From NCBI RefSeq assembly GCF_964204865.1, contig NC_135252.1, forward strand, positions 3,224,001 through 3,288,000: a stretch of DNA of 64,000 bases. Direction: 5' to 3'. Made by a program: the position numbers and the translations under genes. Position 1 is the stretch's first letter; each line of letters opens with the position of its first letter. Below, piece by piece: positions 1 through 12,147 of this stretch. Under the pieces are notes generated by a model that was not told the origin of the DNA, searched no databases, and was given only the letters and a program-made list of their open reading frames with translations. The DNA is from Styela clava. Lineage: Eukaryota.

Positions 1-700
1 ATCTTTATTCTTCTTCGCAATTTATTATATAAATGAATAACCAAATACTGTGAACAGTAAACTATATGATGTTACAGGATACAGGATATAGCTGTAGAAT
101 GTCTGTGTAGTATGTTCTAAAGCTAAACTGATTTATATATATATGCAAAGATGTACGGTACAAACAAATCTGCGAATTCTCACCTATAATGAAATATTAT
201 ACCGGACTGTTCGAGTTTTCGCTGCCATGCCTCATAATAATCTGATATAACGTGGCATCAGTGCTACGTATCAAATAAAATTGATAAGAACTGCCTTAGA
301 TGTTTCACCTGCGAGAGTCGCAATTAAATAAACCACCTCGTTGCTGTCATGACTTCACTGTACGTATATATATAGATCGAAGAAAATGAGTTGGACATAG
401 ATTTCATAAAGTCGTAATCCCGAAATATCAATCAAATGCGTAATGAGCAAACTGTATAACCCTACAATGAATAAAACTAAACTAACTTCCATCCCAGCAC
501 ACGTTTTATTGGTTTCATCTAATGAAGGATGAAGGATAAGAAGATTAATTAGGTTTTTCGTACAATATGCGTATCAGACTAATCTTTCCCAACGTCGTTC
601 ATTAGTGTAAAGTTGTTTGTTTTGATCCAAAGTCAACGTCAGTTCACGCTGGTTAACAGCACCGGAAACGAACAAGATCGCGGACGCAGCAGGTGATTAA
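1..700 (-). repeat. Paralogous copy of the upstream (promoter/5' leader) region of the orphan gene at 3838-4933
   Basis: Colinear similarity to 4945-5700, e.g. CAATTTATTATATAAATRAATAACCAAATACTGTGAA, CACGTTTTATTGGTTT and CCAAAGTCAACGTCAGTTCA...CACCGGAAACGAACAAGATCGCGG occur in both. Confidence 0.9.
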
Positions 701-855
701 CACATTTCGCTAATTGATTATATTATATTATTATATTGATGTAATATTGATGAAAAATGTTCTTGATTACAATCTGAATGTGGGTGCTAAAACATATAGG
801 TGCATGTAATAGATGCAAATCTCTGTGGGTGCCAAAACAATGAAACCATTTAAAG

Positions 856-1680
856 CAGTGGTTCTCAAACTTGTAAAAAAAAATTTGCATGATGGTCCTC
901 TTACAATTTTTCTGATGATTTGCGGTCCGCTAAACATTTTAGAATAGCAACACGTTATATCAAGCATTAATTTAGTGCATGTCATTAGTATGATTCAATG
1001 AGTTGGGTGCAATTGCTTGGCTCTCAACACGACACCAGTTTATCTATTTCGGTTTCTTTCAGAGACAGCGCAACTCTTCTACCATGTCTCATTTCCAATA
1101 TGTTTCGGAATTTATTGGGAGTAATACATCAGAGACAGGCACACCAGAAAACAAGCATCAGAGAATTTTTCATGCACTTTTTGTTTTACTTTCCGCAGAA
1201 AACCGCGCGCTTTTTAGAGTTTATATCAAAACTGTTTTCAGCATTTCTTCTTTCGAGACATGTCGCGTGTGCGTGCAACAAGATAGTTTCGAGGTCGCGT
1301 TTTTTACATAATTCAGCAAACAGGCGGAAGTTCAGTGCGTCCACTCGTTATGAAAACTGATTTCTAATCTTACGACTTAGCCTAAATGTCTACAATCTAA
1401 AAAGCAGTGAGACTAATTGACATTTTGCGATCAGGTACACCTGCTTTCTGTGAATAATGATTGACATTTATTCATGGTACCTGTTCATCCTACGTTCACC
1501 AACGTTTATACGCAATAAATTCTCGAAAATTGTGTCATATTTTAGAGAAACATTGTACTAGTATGACATCAAAAGTTTGCTCAGCATTGCGTATGTCACG
1601 GTAAAAAGTCGCTTCGTAGTCCCCCTGAAGTTGCTTTACTGATCCCATAGCGATCGTGGACCCTAATTTGAGAACCAATG
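856..1680. mobile_element. hAT (Charlie/Buster-type) non-autonomous element, degenerate
   Basis: TIRs CAGTGGTTCTCAAACTT ... AATTTGAGAACCAATG. Left flank ATTTAAAG; the TSD is decayed. Confidence 0.7.
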
Positions 1681-2790
1681 ATCTTATAGAGCAGTATCCC
1701 CAAAACTTTTTTTGGAAAGCGCCCCCTTCGACGACTTTTTGACTAACAAATGCCGTTCCCCCTCCCTGACTAAAGAATAGAACTACCGTAAATTTAATTT
1801 CCTTTTATCACCAGCCTAATGAGACGGATGGGCCTAGTCATCTTAGTCAGAAACAGTCTTATGTTTCTTTGACTATGTCGAATGAGGAATAAATTTTTAC
1901 GCAAACCCGATTTATATTAAACACTGAGTTAAATTTAAAATCGCTTTGCAATGTGACGTTCTGCCTCAAGAATCCCGTGTTCGTAAATATTACAGAATGG
2001 GCCAATTCAATCCATTGAATTTATAGAATATGTCTTCAAGTGAGCGATGTCATTTTTTAACACTACGTTTACAACACCTTCGAGATTCGTATTACAGAAA
2101 GTTCGCGCAGAAATTCAACAACAGTATCAAAATGGTAGTAAAATCAGTCAGTCAGTCACTTGATACGAATATTGAATATGAGAAAGCGTAAAAATAGCAT
2201 TTGAGGGTGAAGAAGTCGCGAAAAACCACTGCTGGTTATCGAGCAGCAACACCCGTCGCGCTGATATAAGGCAGCTCCCCTGTTGACCGCACAAATGTTG
2301 CATCATTTTCATTGATTGCATAATTGGTTGAGTGTTTGTTTTATTTACTGGCTTTATGACTATCGTCAAAAAAACGAAGAAAACATCGACAGTTCCGCTT
2401 CGTGTCCAATAATAAGATGCCAGCTAATATTCTAAATGTTTCACCTGAATTACACAGGGCGACAACGACAGCACTGAGGAGTAAGTCCAGCAGCAATCCT
2501 TAAGCACATATTCATCTCCCACGGGATCCAAACTTGCGAACCACAGAGGGTAATCAGCAATGTCAAACGTTTCCCCAACGCTTGGCACGTTGCGCCATTC
2601 GCCACGGCCCGTACTAACAACTGGTTCCCTCACTTCTTCAACTATATATATATTGTAGGCTATATGTATGCCAAGTAAATTGCATTACCATGACATGCTT
2701 TACATAAATCTAATACGCCTGCATAACTTTTGCAACGCCAAATGTCATCATAACGATCTTTGGTAAAATTCTTCTTCGATTCCTCATCAT

Positions 2791-3752
2791 GTACCACGGC
2801 CTCCAGTCTGGTTACCAGGCCATAGAAGTAATCAGCCATTTATTTATTTCAGTTACGTGGACTTGATAGTGGGGGAAGCCGTTACTGACCATCGGCTACG
2901 CCATGGGTCGACAACCTTTGTCGCTCGCGGGCCAAAATCAAGAGTTACACGTCTTGGCGGGCCGCACATATTTTTTGAAGATGAAACAGGGAACAGCGCG
3001 CGAAGACTGCGACAATTCGTGAACTCAACTCGGTCGTCTTATTAATTAAAAGAAAAAAAAATGCAAATGACATTTAATGTGACATTGTCTTGTTGCTGCA
3101 TCACGCTTGATAGCTTTTCATAGGCACGCTGAAAGAAGCCAAGATTGGAACATTTTCTAAATAGGCATCACTAATCCTAGTTCTTTGCTTGTTCTTTACA
3201 ACGTTCATTTTTTGAAAAGAATTGTTCACACACATAAATTCTGTACTTCCAAACATCGAAGTGAATTTTTTCGCATGGTTTGTCAAATTTTGATATAGAT
3301 ATTTTTTAGGAGGATACATTTTTATAAAAATCAAGCACTGGTGCATCTCTCGAATAGTATATGAATTTTATTTCCTCCTTTTGAATATTTTCTGCGCCAT
3401 AGAAACCGCTGCAATCAGCAACTTTTCTGCGTGTTGCCATTTAATTGTAGGATCGTTAAACAAGTAGCTATTCACTAAATTGATAGGTTATAATATAATT
3501 TAGTCTAGACGTGACTCATGATAAATTCTGTTACCTAAAAAATATAATCTATACTCACGAGCGTAGATTATAAAATTAAATCATCGTCAAAACCGCCGTT
3601 TTGTCGCTATAATTCAGTGAAGCGTCGCGGGCCGGATTATTTTACTCCGTGGGCTGGATCTGGCCTGCGGGCGGTAGGTTGCCGACCCCTGGGTTACGCG
3701 AACTACCTTACGGCGGGGAGGAGGCCAGTAATCCTCTCGCGTGTGATTACCT
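2791..3752 (-). mobile_element. tRNA-derived SINE fragment split by a hAT insertion
   Basis: 2791-2901 and 3692-3752 are contiguous reverse-complement pieces of the SINE at 27138-27479 (GTGGACTTGATAGTGGGGGAAGCCGTTACTGACC | GGTTACGCGAACTACC...CCAGTAATCCTCTCGC). Confidence 0.8.
2902..3691 (-). mobile_element. hAT/Charlie deletion derivative with a decayed transposase C-terminal (dimerisation) remnant
   Basis: TIRs CATGGGTCGACAACCT ... AGGTTGCCGACCCCTG; 8-bp TSD GGCTACGC/GGTTACGC. ORF 3101-3346 reads NLTNHAKKFTSMFGST...KMNVVKNKQRTRISDAYLEN, matching the Charlie/GTF2IRD2-type FGSTYxCE...KNKxRxRLxDxxL motif. Confidence 0.88.
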
Positions 3753-3837
3753 TGATATAGACTTATACATCGGAACCAAAACTCAAAAGTAACGACGTTT
3801 TGCAACTTTAAATAAAAATTTTTGTAGCATATAAAAA

Positions 3838-4933
3838 TCAAAAACTCTCATTTGAAATATCTGAAACAGTGATTAAAGAACATTCAACTCTTCTCGATCT
3901 ACGGCGTTTTCTGAATTGTTGGACAAATTTGAAGTGTTGTCGAATAATAGTTTTTCTCCAAAGAGAAGTAGAACACATTTTACGAAGTTTAGTGATGTGT
4001 GTACTTTGCTTAGACAGCCATTCATCTGACTCACTCTGTAAATTATGGCTGTTACCTGCAGGTGTGAATGAGCAGCCAACAGATTTGATATTTCGCAACT
4101 TTGAAGCGGCAAATTCCAAGGAAATTTTCTCTGAATGTGCCTTGCCAAAATTGTTTTCTGTTTCTTTCGGGGGTGTGGAGTCATTAATCGGATGATATTT
4201 ATTTAGAGATGCACTTTTCGGCAAATTGTGTCTTTCGAGGAGTTTCTCCAGCCTGCGCGCCAACTCTGCGTCACCGAGAGAAAGAAGTGCTCTTTTATGT
4301 TTCTTTGATATTTCATTAATTTTTACTTGTATGTTTGATAAATCTGAAATTGTTTTTGATAATTCTTCCATCTTCCTGCGGCTGGACATCCCATCTTTTA
4401 GTTTTCTTCGATACTCTTTGATAAGCACTGGTGAGTCCGTATAATTACCAGTGATTACATCCTGTCGAACCCGATTATCTATCACTTCGGAACTGCGTGC
4501 ATCTCCCTGCATTATTCTGACCCTCGAACACTTTTCTTTCATGTCGTCTGAAAGCGATTTGTAATGATAACCATTCTCCGAACTATTTCGTCGATGTTTA
4601 GGAACATACTTTGCAGTCAGTTCTTTTAACCGTTTATCTAGTTCAACTACGTCACCGAAAGCCTGAAAAAGAATCAAAATATGTTTATGTATATTGTATA
4701 CGGTATGCAAAAGCTAATTGGGTAGTACAATTAAAAAATAAAAGAGCCTATATATTATTCTAACACGATACCGTATTTGGGCAATTTTGTATGAATATGC
4801 TCGCCATTTTCTAAATAATTTGAAGGTTTTTTCTGAGATATTTTTTCATTCAAATGAATCTTAAGGAAACGTATTAAAAAAATATACTTACCAAATAACT
4901 AACATCGCTGGTGTGGGTGATTGCAGAAGGCAT
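3838..4933 (-). CDS. Orphan two-exon protein (~288 aa) with a predicted coiled coil and basic C-terminal patch
   Basis: Exon 1 4933-4892 (MPSAITHTSDVSYL, donor GTAAGT, phase 0) joins exon 2 4662-3838 (acceptor TTTTTCAG, open for 274 codons). Heptad-like segment MEELSKTISDLSNIQVKINEISKK; NLS-like RKRRRSRR. Confidence 0.7.
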
Positions 4934-4944
4934 TTTTCTGCTAT

Positions 4945-5700
4945 ATCTCAATATTCTTTCAATTTATTATATAAATAAATAACCAAATACTGTGAAAATC
5001 AAACTATATGATGTTACTAGATATAGTTGTAGTATGTCTATTCTGAAACTAAACTCGCTTATATATACAAACGAACAAGTGCAAAACAAATCTGTGATCT
5101 CTCACTATAATGGAATATTATACAGAACTGCTCTATTTTTCGCTGATATGCTTCATAATATGCTGATATAACGAGACAGCAGCACTGCGTATCAAATGTG
5201 CGAATAAAAAACGATATGAACCGCCTTAGATACTTCATCCGCGATGATCGCTATCAAACACACCAACTCGTAACTGTTGTGACTTCAACGCAAGCACAGC
5301 GAAAAGAGAAGTTTGACGTAGATATTATAAAGTCGTAAACCCGAAATAGCAAATCAAATGCACAATGAAGTCAAACTGCATAATCCTACAATAAAAGAGT
5401 CACAATAAGGTCCTATAAAACGAACTTTACAATGCAGAGCACCTCACGTTTTTATTGGTTTTCTCTAATGACCCACCCGCTTGGTAACACGAGGAACAAA
5501 CGTACCGACATTGAACCGTATATTGATTGGTGAGTCCAGAAGGATAAGTAGATTAATTAGGTCTTTCTCACAATGTACCAGACTAATCTTGCCCAGCGTC
5601 GTTCATTTGTGTAAATTTGTTTGTTTTGTTCCAAAGTCAACGTCAGTTCAAATTAATCAACGGCACCGGAAACGAACAAGATCGCGGCCGCAGCACGTGA
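4945..5700 (-). promoter_or_regulatory. Upstream region of the orphan gene, conserved with its paralogous copy at 1-700
   Basis: Lies directly 5' of the ATG at 4933. Blocks kept in both copies include AAGGATAAG-AGATTAATTAGG and AGACTAATCTT. Confidence 0.55.
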
Positions 5701-6964
5701 TCAATGTGTCTATAATCTTATCCGGTTACTCCTTGTTTGCGAGATTGATTTCAATCACTATATCGATGCCGTACGCTGCGCTATATCGAAACATACCTTC
5801 GAGAAATCTAAACTAAACAGCTTTCATAAATTTGGACAGCGAATAATTTGATCACATTGACCCTTGCATACTTTTTCTGTATGCCTCCTTCATTTCCGCA
5901 TTGTCTCGTCAGTACTTTTTGAAGCGGCCAGCACGAAATTATCCGTGCAAAGCGACGTTTCAATATGTCGACTCCGAAGATGTATTTTTTAAACTAATTG
6001 GGTATAATTCAGTGCTGCGGGTTATAAAGGCGAACAATAATTATTAATTCAAATCCTTTTATACATGAAAGGAAAACAGCTTGTCCGTTAATCAATTTCG
6101 TTACGAAACATTCGCCAGAGCGGCGTTGTTTCAGAACAGCGAAATTGATCAATTTTGAATTGTAATGAGAGAAGGCGATGTTTCTGTATTGCCGCAGGCG
6201 GAAAGTTTGTGAAAACGACGACGAGTGCTTGTATTGTCGCCTATTTACTTAGATAATACATGGTTACATGTCTAGCTCATAGAAAATGGCAATTTAGATA
6301 AGATGCAAATTGCCCAAGATGGATCAGGGCGTGTGTAGTGAGATCATGTTATAATAGCTTAGCAAAGCCCGTTTGTCGTTAGCTCGAAGTATAGGTTTTT
6401 ATTATAACACAAATTGCTCTGCATGTGGTTACAAAAACATACTTTCAAGTCGTACACAAAAGATGTCTAGTTATAACTATTATTTATTTATCAATGTGAG
6501 AGTCAAAGTTGAAGTTGCCAGTGCCATGAGATGTGTGGCTTAAGCACATACGGTATACGAGTTTATTCTTACTGATATGAAAGGAAAATAATTAATGCAG
6601 GCTTGTCTATGGTAATGGGATGGGACAGCACAAATTTGTATTTCCAATGGAACAGTGGTCATGTCATGTCGACTTGAATACGCCAGAGCTATCCTTGGGT
6701 CTTTATACATTTTTACCTTTAAAATGTGTTTTTTACTCTCCCCTTTTCTTCATTTCTATTATATTTTATTTATTTTGTGGTGTGGCACCAGCAAGTTTGT
6801 CCATGTCAATAGGATTTACGGACAAGCCTGACTAAATGTACTGTTTACACGTAAATAAAGTGCAGTATTTGCAAGAAATAAAAATTCCTCTGTATATCGG
6901 ACTACCAGTTAACTAGCCTACATATTATACATATACTATATATTTTGAAAAAGAATTCCTAAAA

Positions 6965-9900
6965 ATGCCATATAAACCTGCCAAGCGAAAAACATGCGAA
7001 TTGATTCATTGGACGATAGCTATACTTTTAATTTTATGTGTTCTCGGTGCAATAGCAGCAATTGTGTTTGGAGTATTAGTCGCCAAACCCGGAATAGCAG
7101 CATTGGATTTCAAGGTGAGGCTTTTTTATTCATTCCAATGGGGCAAACCGACGGGGTGGCTATTGGCTCAATCGTAATCACATGGTTATAGAAATAACCA
7201 ACAGGTAACCAGTTCATCGTTCTAAACTAAATGATGGCCGTGATTGTAATATGTTCTATGAATACAGTATATGAATGGTTACTTTTGATAAGCATTGGAT
7301 TATTATATAAATGTTAAAATAATTATGTATAGTTATTATTACTCTGTTACAAATGTAAAGTATAAAAATGATTTTACGCCATATCACTCAACATTGATTC
7401 GAAATAAACAAATGCGGCGTATCAATTTCAAGGTGTTCATCAAGTCACTATTTTATGAATTATCTTATATACAACGAAGATCTAAAATCGAACGAGAAAC
7501 AGACAAAATATAAAAAAAAAAAAACTCACCGCAACTCACTTTTATTCTAGAATCTAGATGAAGTATAAATTGTACAGCTTGTTTATTTGTTCGTTTTATT
7601 TAGAATGCAACGTGCATCGTGAAAAGTTTCGGTTATCGAACAACTATCCCATGTGACTGCAGTGGATTGAGAAGCGACGATCCGTATTGCAGATCTGAAT
7701 ATCCGTGTATTCAAATTATGGTTGGTTACGAACCAAGAAAGGACGTTATACATTTCAATGAATCCGAGGTGAGACGTATTTTTGTTATATAAAGTAGTAT
7801 GTCACTTTTGGACAAATATTGTAGAGCGTGTCAATTACTCCGGCGTACTTCTAAACCATACAATGCTGATACGATACGACGACAATATTTTGTGTGAATG
7901 TGAACCCGATGACTCTGAACCATAAGGATTGATTTATTTCAATACTTCGATAACCCACTTAATTATTTAGTATTACCAGGTTTTATAATCTGCTGTGTAA
8001 AAATGGGATTATTTTTAATGGAATTTCTTCGTCTTATGTCAAACTCTAAACAAAGCCAGACGGGAATCCTATTCCAAGACTTACAACGAGTGGTAGGGTT
8101 CTAAATTATATTAACTCGCTAATGACATTTAAGACGGGTTCGCTGATATCACGACATTCCGAGAACTGGTTCGCACAAACCCGAACGGGCCCCATGAATC
8201 CTATCACTTCTCGCTGCTCCCCTCAGATCATGTAATAAACATTACATAACTGAACAGAATCATCGTTTGCAAATGTTGAATGCACAGTTTTTCGCGTTTT
8301 TATCAGTGATGTCCAAAACGAATCGAATACTCGAATACATTCAAAGTTGGATTGCAGGATTTTGATCACTGTTCTGTTTTCCCGACTGTGCACCGAGGAT
8401 TTCTTGCTACCCTTCGATACCACAACCTTGGACCACCCTGTACTAAATTTTAGGGTTTGGCTTCCTGGATATTCATCTATAATCTTATTCCCAGATTATT
8501 GCTATTTTCATGATTTTCCATGGGAATGGAATCCCTATGGGATACAGGCATAAATTGCATTGGGATGGGACAAAAAAATACGTCCCATATACAAGCCAGG
8601 TTAAATCCACAACATGACTCTACATGTAATTATTTTTTAGACCCGACAATCAATCAAAGGGTTGTAACTCTGTTACAAATATAATTCCTAAACGATCCAG
8701 CATACTTCACGGCTGAAATAAATACCTCTCTCCGCTTCTCTATTCGTTGGGGTTTGCCCTAAGCTCAGTAAAGTGAGCTGGTTTTCCCAGTTTTCACAAT
8801 ACCTTGATTTAAAACCTGATCTCTAACTCTCATGTCTTCCATGTTTACATTCAGAATTTCTTTCAAAACCTTGTAATGATTCGTGAATCAGAAACAGATT
8901 TTTCAGGCATAAAGTCACGGGTATGTTATTATAATTAAATCAGTATTTATTGATTTTGTTTTTGAATAGTATTTTAGCTCAAAGCTTTGATATGTATGAG
9001 TCAAATATCATTTCAATTCCAACGATTACGTTCGACGAAAATTAGTTTGTACCAAAAACGACTTCGTGGAATTAATCTGTTAGATACGATCCAACGTCCA
9101 CTCAGCTTTTCCTATAGGGCCTGTGTAATTTCCACAACTCAGCTTTGGCTGACTATGCTCAAAATGCTTGCTTGCAATGCGAAATTGTTTAGTATAGTTC
9201 ACTGAATAAATGAGACTAAAATATTTAATAAATACTAAGATTTTCTGGTTCTAGTGTTCGTTTCATCATTGTCATCCCGACTTCTCTCAGAACAAATTAC
9301 TTGTAGAAGAATTTCGTAAAAAATACGGAAAACCAAATTCGTATTATCCATGCCAGTACAATGTTAATAACAAAGAGCAGGTAAGTTTGACATTCATATA
9401 TATAATTTCAATAATATGTTTTATCATCTTCGGTGGTTTATAACATTCCAATTTGCCTTTTAAATTAAAATATGCGTAGCAGTGTCAAATTTGTTTCAAA
9501 TCGAAAATTCCAGCCAACTTGAGTATTATACGCACCTTCCCTCATAAAAATGTCACTTGTATCAATTTAAATTATCAAATTGTAAATGTTTATGATCGAC
9601 CCTTTATTTATAAAAGATGGAAGTGTGGATAAGCGAAAATTATTACTTTGAGCTGTGTAGCAAAAGGCCATACTGTCCACACGGCTCACACATAAAAACA
9701 AAATGTCAGCTGATAACTTTGAAACTGCATGGAGACCCCAAAAGCAAACTATTTTGACCAGCCACAACGCTGTATCCCAAGACCATCATGTCACGTACCA
9801 AGCCATATCGTATTATATACAATTGTGCGGTGAGAGCCAATCTACACTTATCTTCTCCAAATAATTGACACATTTTAATTTACATATTTCAGGTTGTAAC

Positions 9901-10291
9901 TTCGCTCAGATTCAAGACAATAGATGTATTATTGTCTCTAATCATTCCTTCTTCAATATTTTTACTTTGTCTTATTATCGTTGTAACAATATGCGTTATA
10001 AGATGTAGACAAACTGCCAAGAGGAAAGCCAAACATCCAGTACCGAATCCATTTGCCGGACCAAGGAACTATATGGGGCGTGACATGCCCGCATTTGAAC
10101 CTGACGAAACTGTAGACAACATGAATAAACTTCCCGACCCATTTGCCCAGATAAACGACATGTTATCAGAAAATGGCGAGGCAAAACAGAGCAACAATGT
10201 TGAAATGGAGAAATCAGAAACGGAAGATAGTGGTGATGTGCAATTGTCAGATATTGTGCCACAAAGAGCACAGATGTCCACTGCTATGTAA
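6965..10291 (+). CDS. BK (Slo1) channel beta-subunit-like / KCNMB-TipE family two-TM protein, ~301 aa
   Basis: Exons 6965-7114, 7604-7768, 8855-8920, 9255-9380, 9893-10291, all GT-AG phase 0. TM1 WTIAILLILCVLGAIAAIVFGVLV; Cys-rich loop with CRSEYPCIQIMVGY (KCNMB SxYPCLQ motif) and YPCQYN; TM2 LLSLIIPSSIFLLCLIIVVTICV; AATAAA near 10366. Confidence 0.82.
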
Positions 10292-10863
10292 AAACTGTGA
10301 ATTTTCTTATACTATATATTATGTAATGACAGTTTACATAAACCAAATCAATGATTGCACAACGAAATAAAATGTTTATTCATAATTGAAGAGTTTGGTT
10401 TGATTTTCGTGACTAATGTCAGTTGGTTATCAAATATTCATTTATAATTATATGAATGAATTGTCGTTACTTGTGCAAGGGATCAATAAGTCACACCGAA
10501 ATCCAATATTGTATCTATAAAGTAACGGTAAACTTCAAAACCAAACCATTACACAAATCGATTAAATTGAGGTGCTGGAATGAATGATTTATTCAACAAT
10601 AAACAATGCCTGTCTTAGTCCATGCACAACCATTTTTTCTACAATTTATCGAATGTACCCCCCCCCCCCCCTCTCAAAAAAAATTCTTAACTCTAAGTGC
10701 CCAAACCACCACATTTCTGCGTACCTCGAAATTTCATCACCGTAAAATTATGATCCTAGAATTGAAAACCGCCGAAAGAAGAACGATCGAGGTGGCATTG
10801 AACTTGTGCAAATATAACTTCCAAATGCAGCTTTCACTAAGATTCATTTTTTTCTATTTAAAC

Positions 10864-11203
10864 CAGGGTGGTCCAAACCCAGGCCCGTGGGACACAGCTT
10901 CATTATCCGTGGCACGTGTCGCATTCGAAGTGTAATCAAAAAATCGCAATCGGTGTTGTCTCGTCATAAAATTAACCAGAAAAACCTTTTGAAATATTGT
11001 TACATCACTAATTTCACTGAATTGACTTAGTGTTATGGCTAGATGAGGCAACTAGCAAAGTTAAATGACAAATACTGATCAATGTGTTTGCACAATAAAA
11101 TTGTTTGTTTTGTATTGCACTGTTTACCTATTCTTGGCACTATTGTGGCCCGCCGCAAAAAAAAGTTGTTGGCCCGCGGAGCCTACAACCTTGGACCATC
11201 TTG
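10864..11203. mobile_element. hAT MITE
   Basis: TIRs CAGGGTGGTCCAA ... TTGGACCATCTTG; perfect 8-bp TSD ATTTAAAC; subterminal GGCCCG motifs. Confidence 0.9.
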
Positions 11204-12147
11204 ATTTAAACAGTAGGTAAAACAGGTAGAATGTTATGATCAGTTTCAAAGAACTAGGCCTCTGATGAGTTCGGACCCCGATAACAAATAAAAAAAAAAA
11301 CACCAGTGCGATTCATATAGTCTTTGAGTTGAGTTTTATACACCTCACTTATACAAAAATCAATTCAACGTAGAATGAAGACCTTTATCGGAAACAGGAG
11401 GTCGGTAAGTCCACTTCATAAATGATTATTTTCCGTCCATTTCAAAGAACTTATCCGCGACGTCAGCATTACTATACCTTCGATGCGTAAACAGATGAAG
11501 AATTCCATATACGCACATGTATGCATCCGCTTTACTTCCATTTTCAAGTAGCATAGTAAAACTGAAACTTAACCTGGGCCAGACATTTAAACTGTGTGAT
11601 TTAATTCCCAAACTCCATCCATATTGAATATTTCTCGGCTATACCTAAATACATATACGTAAATACCCGTAACATACATGCGTAATATCCGTTTGTAGGT
11701 GCATTCAATAGATGCGTAATAAGGTTTTACGGTTCATTTCGTCAAAAGACTGTTACAAGACGTACGGATCAGCAGAAATTATTACACTACCTAAGAGTGA
11801 AGCCAGACAGTTGAAGTTTAAAAGGAATTTAAATAGAAATGATGAGGAGATTGATTTTGGCGGTAAGTTATTAGAAAAGTATATATCATTTTGATTAAGG
11901 ACGTTGGTGACGCTGCCCGATAAATGGTTTATCGCGTATTCCTTCACCCTGGAATGCCACTTCTCATTTTACTTCACTCTGTATATATGTACTTTATGAG
12001 AATTTTCGATATGTGAAAAAATAAGCTATTTACTGAGTTTTTATGTATAATCAAAAGAATATGCAAAATTTTGAAAATGAATTCCAATCCAAATCTCAGC
12101 CATCAAGGACACATCGTTAAAATGATTGAACCACGAAACATACAACA

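Noticed and set aside
998-1360. 120-aa and 102-aa ORFs
   Set aside because: They lie inside a non-autonomous hAT element, with no recognisable motif or splice context.
2424-2633. GC-richer 69-aa minus-strand ORF
   Set aside because: No start or consistent splice partners and no recognisable homology; cannot be supported as an exon.
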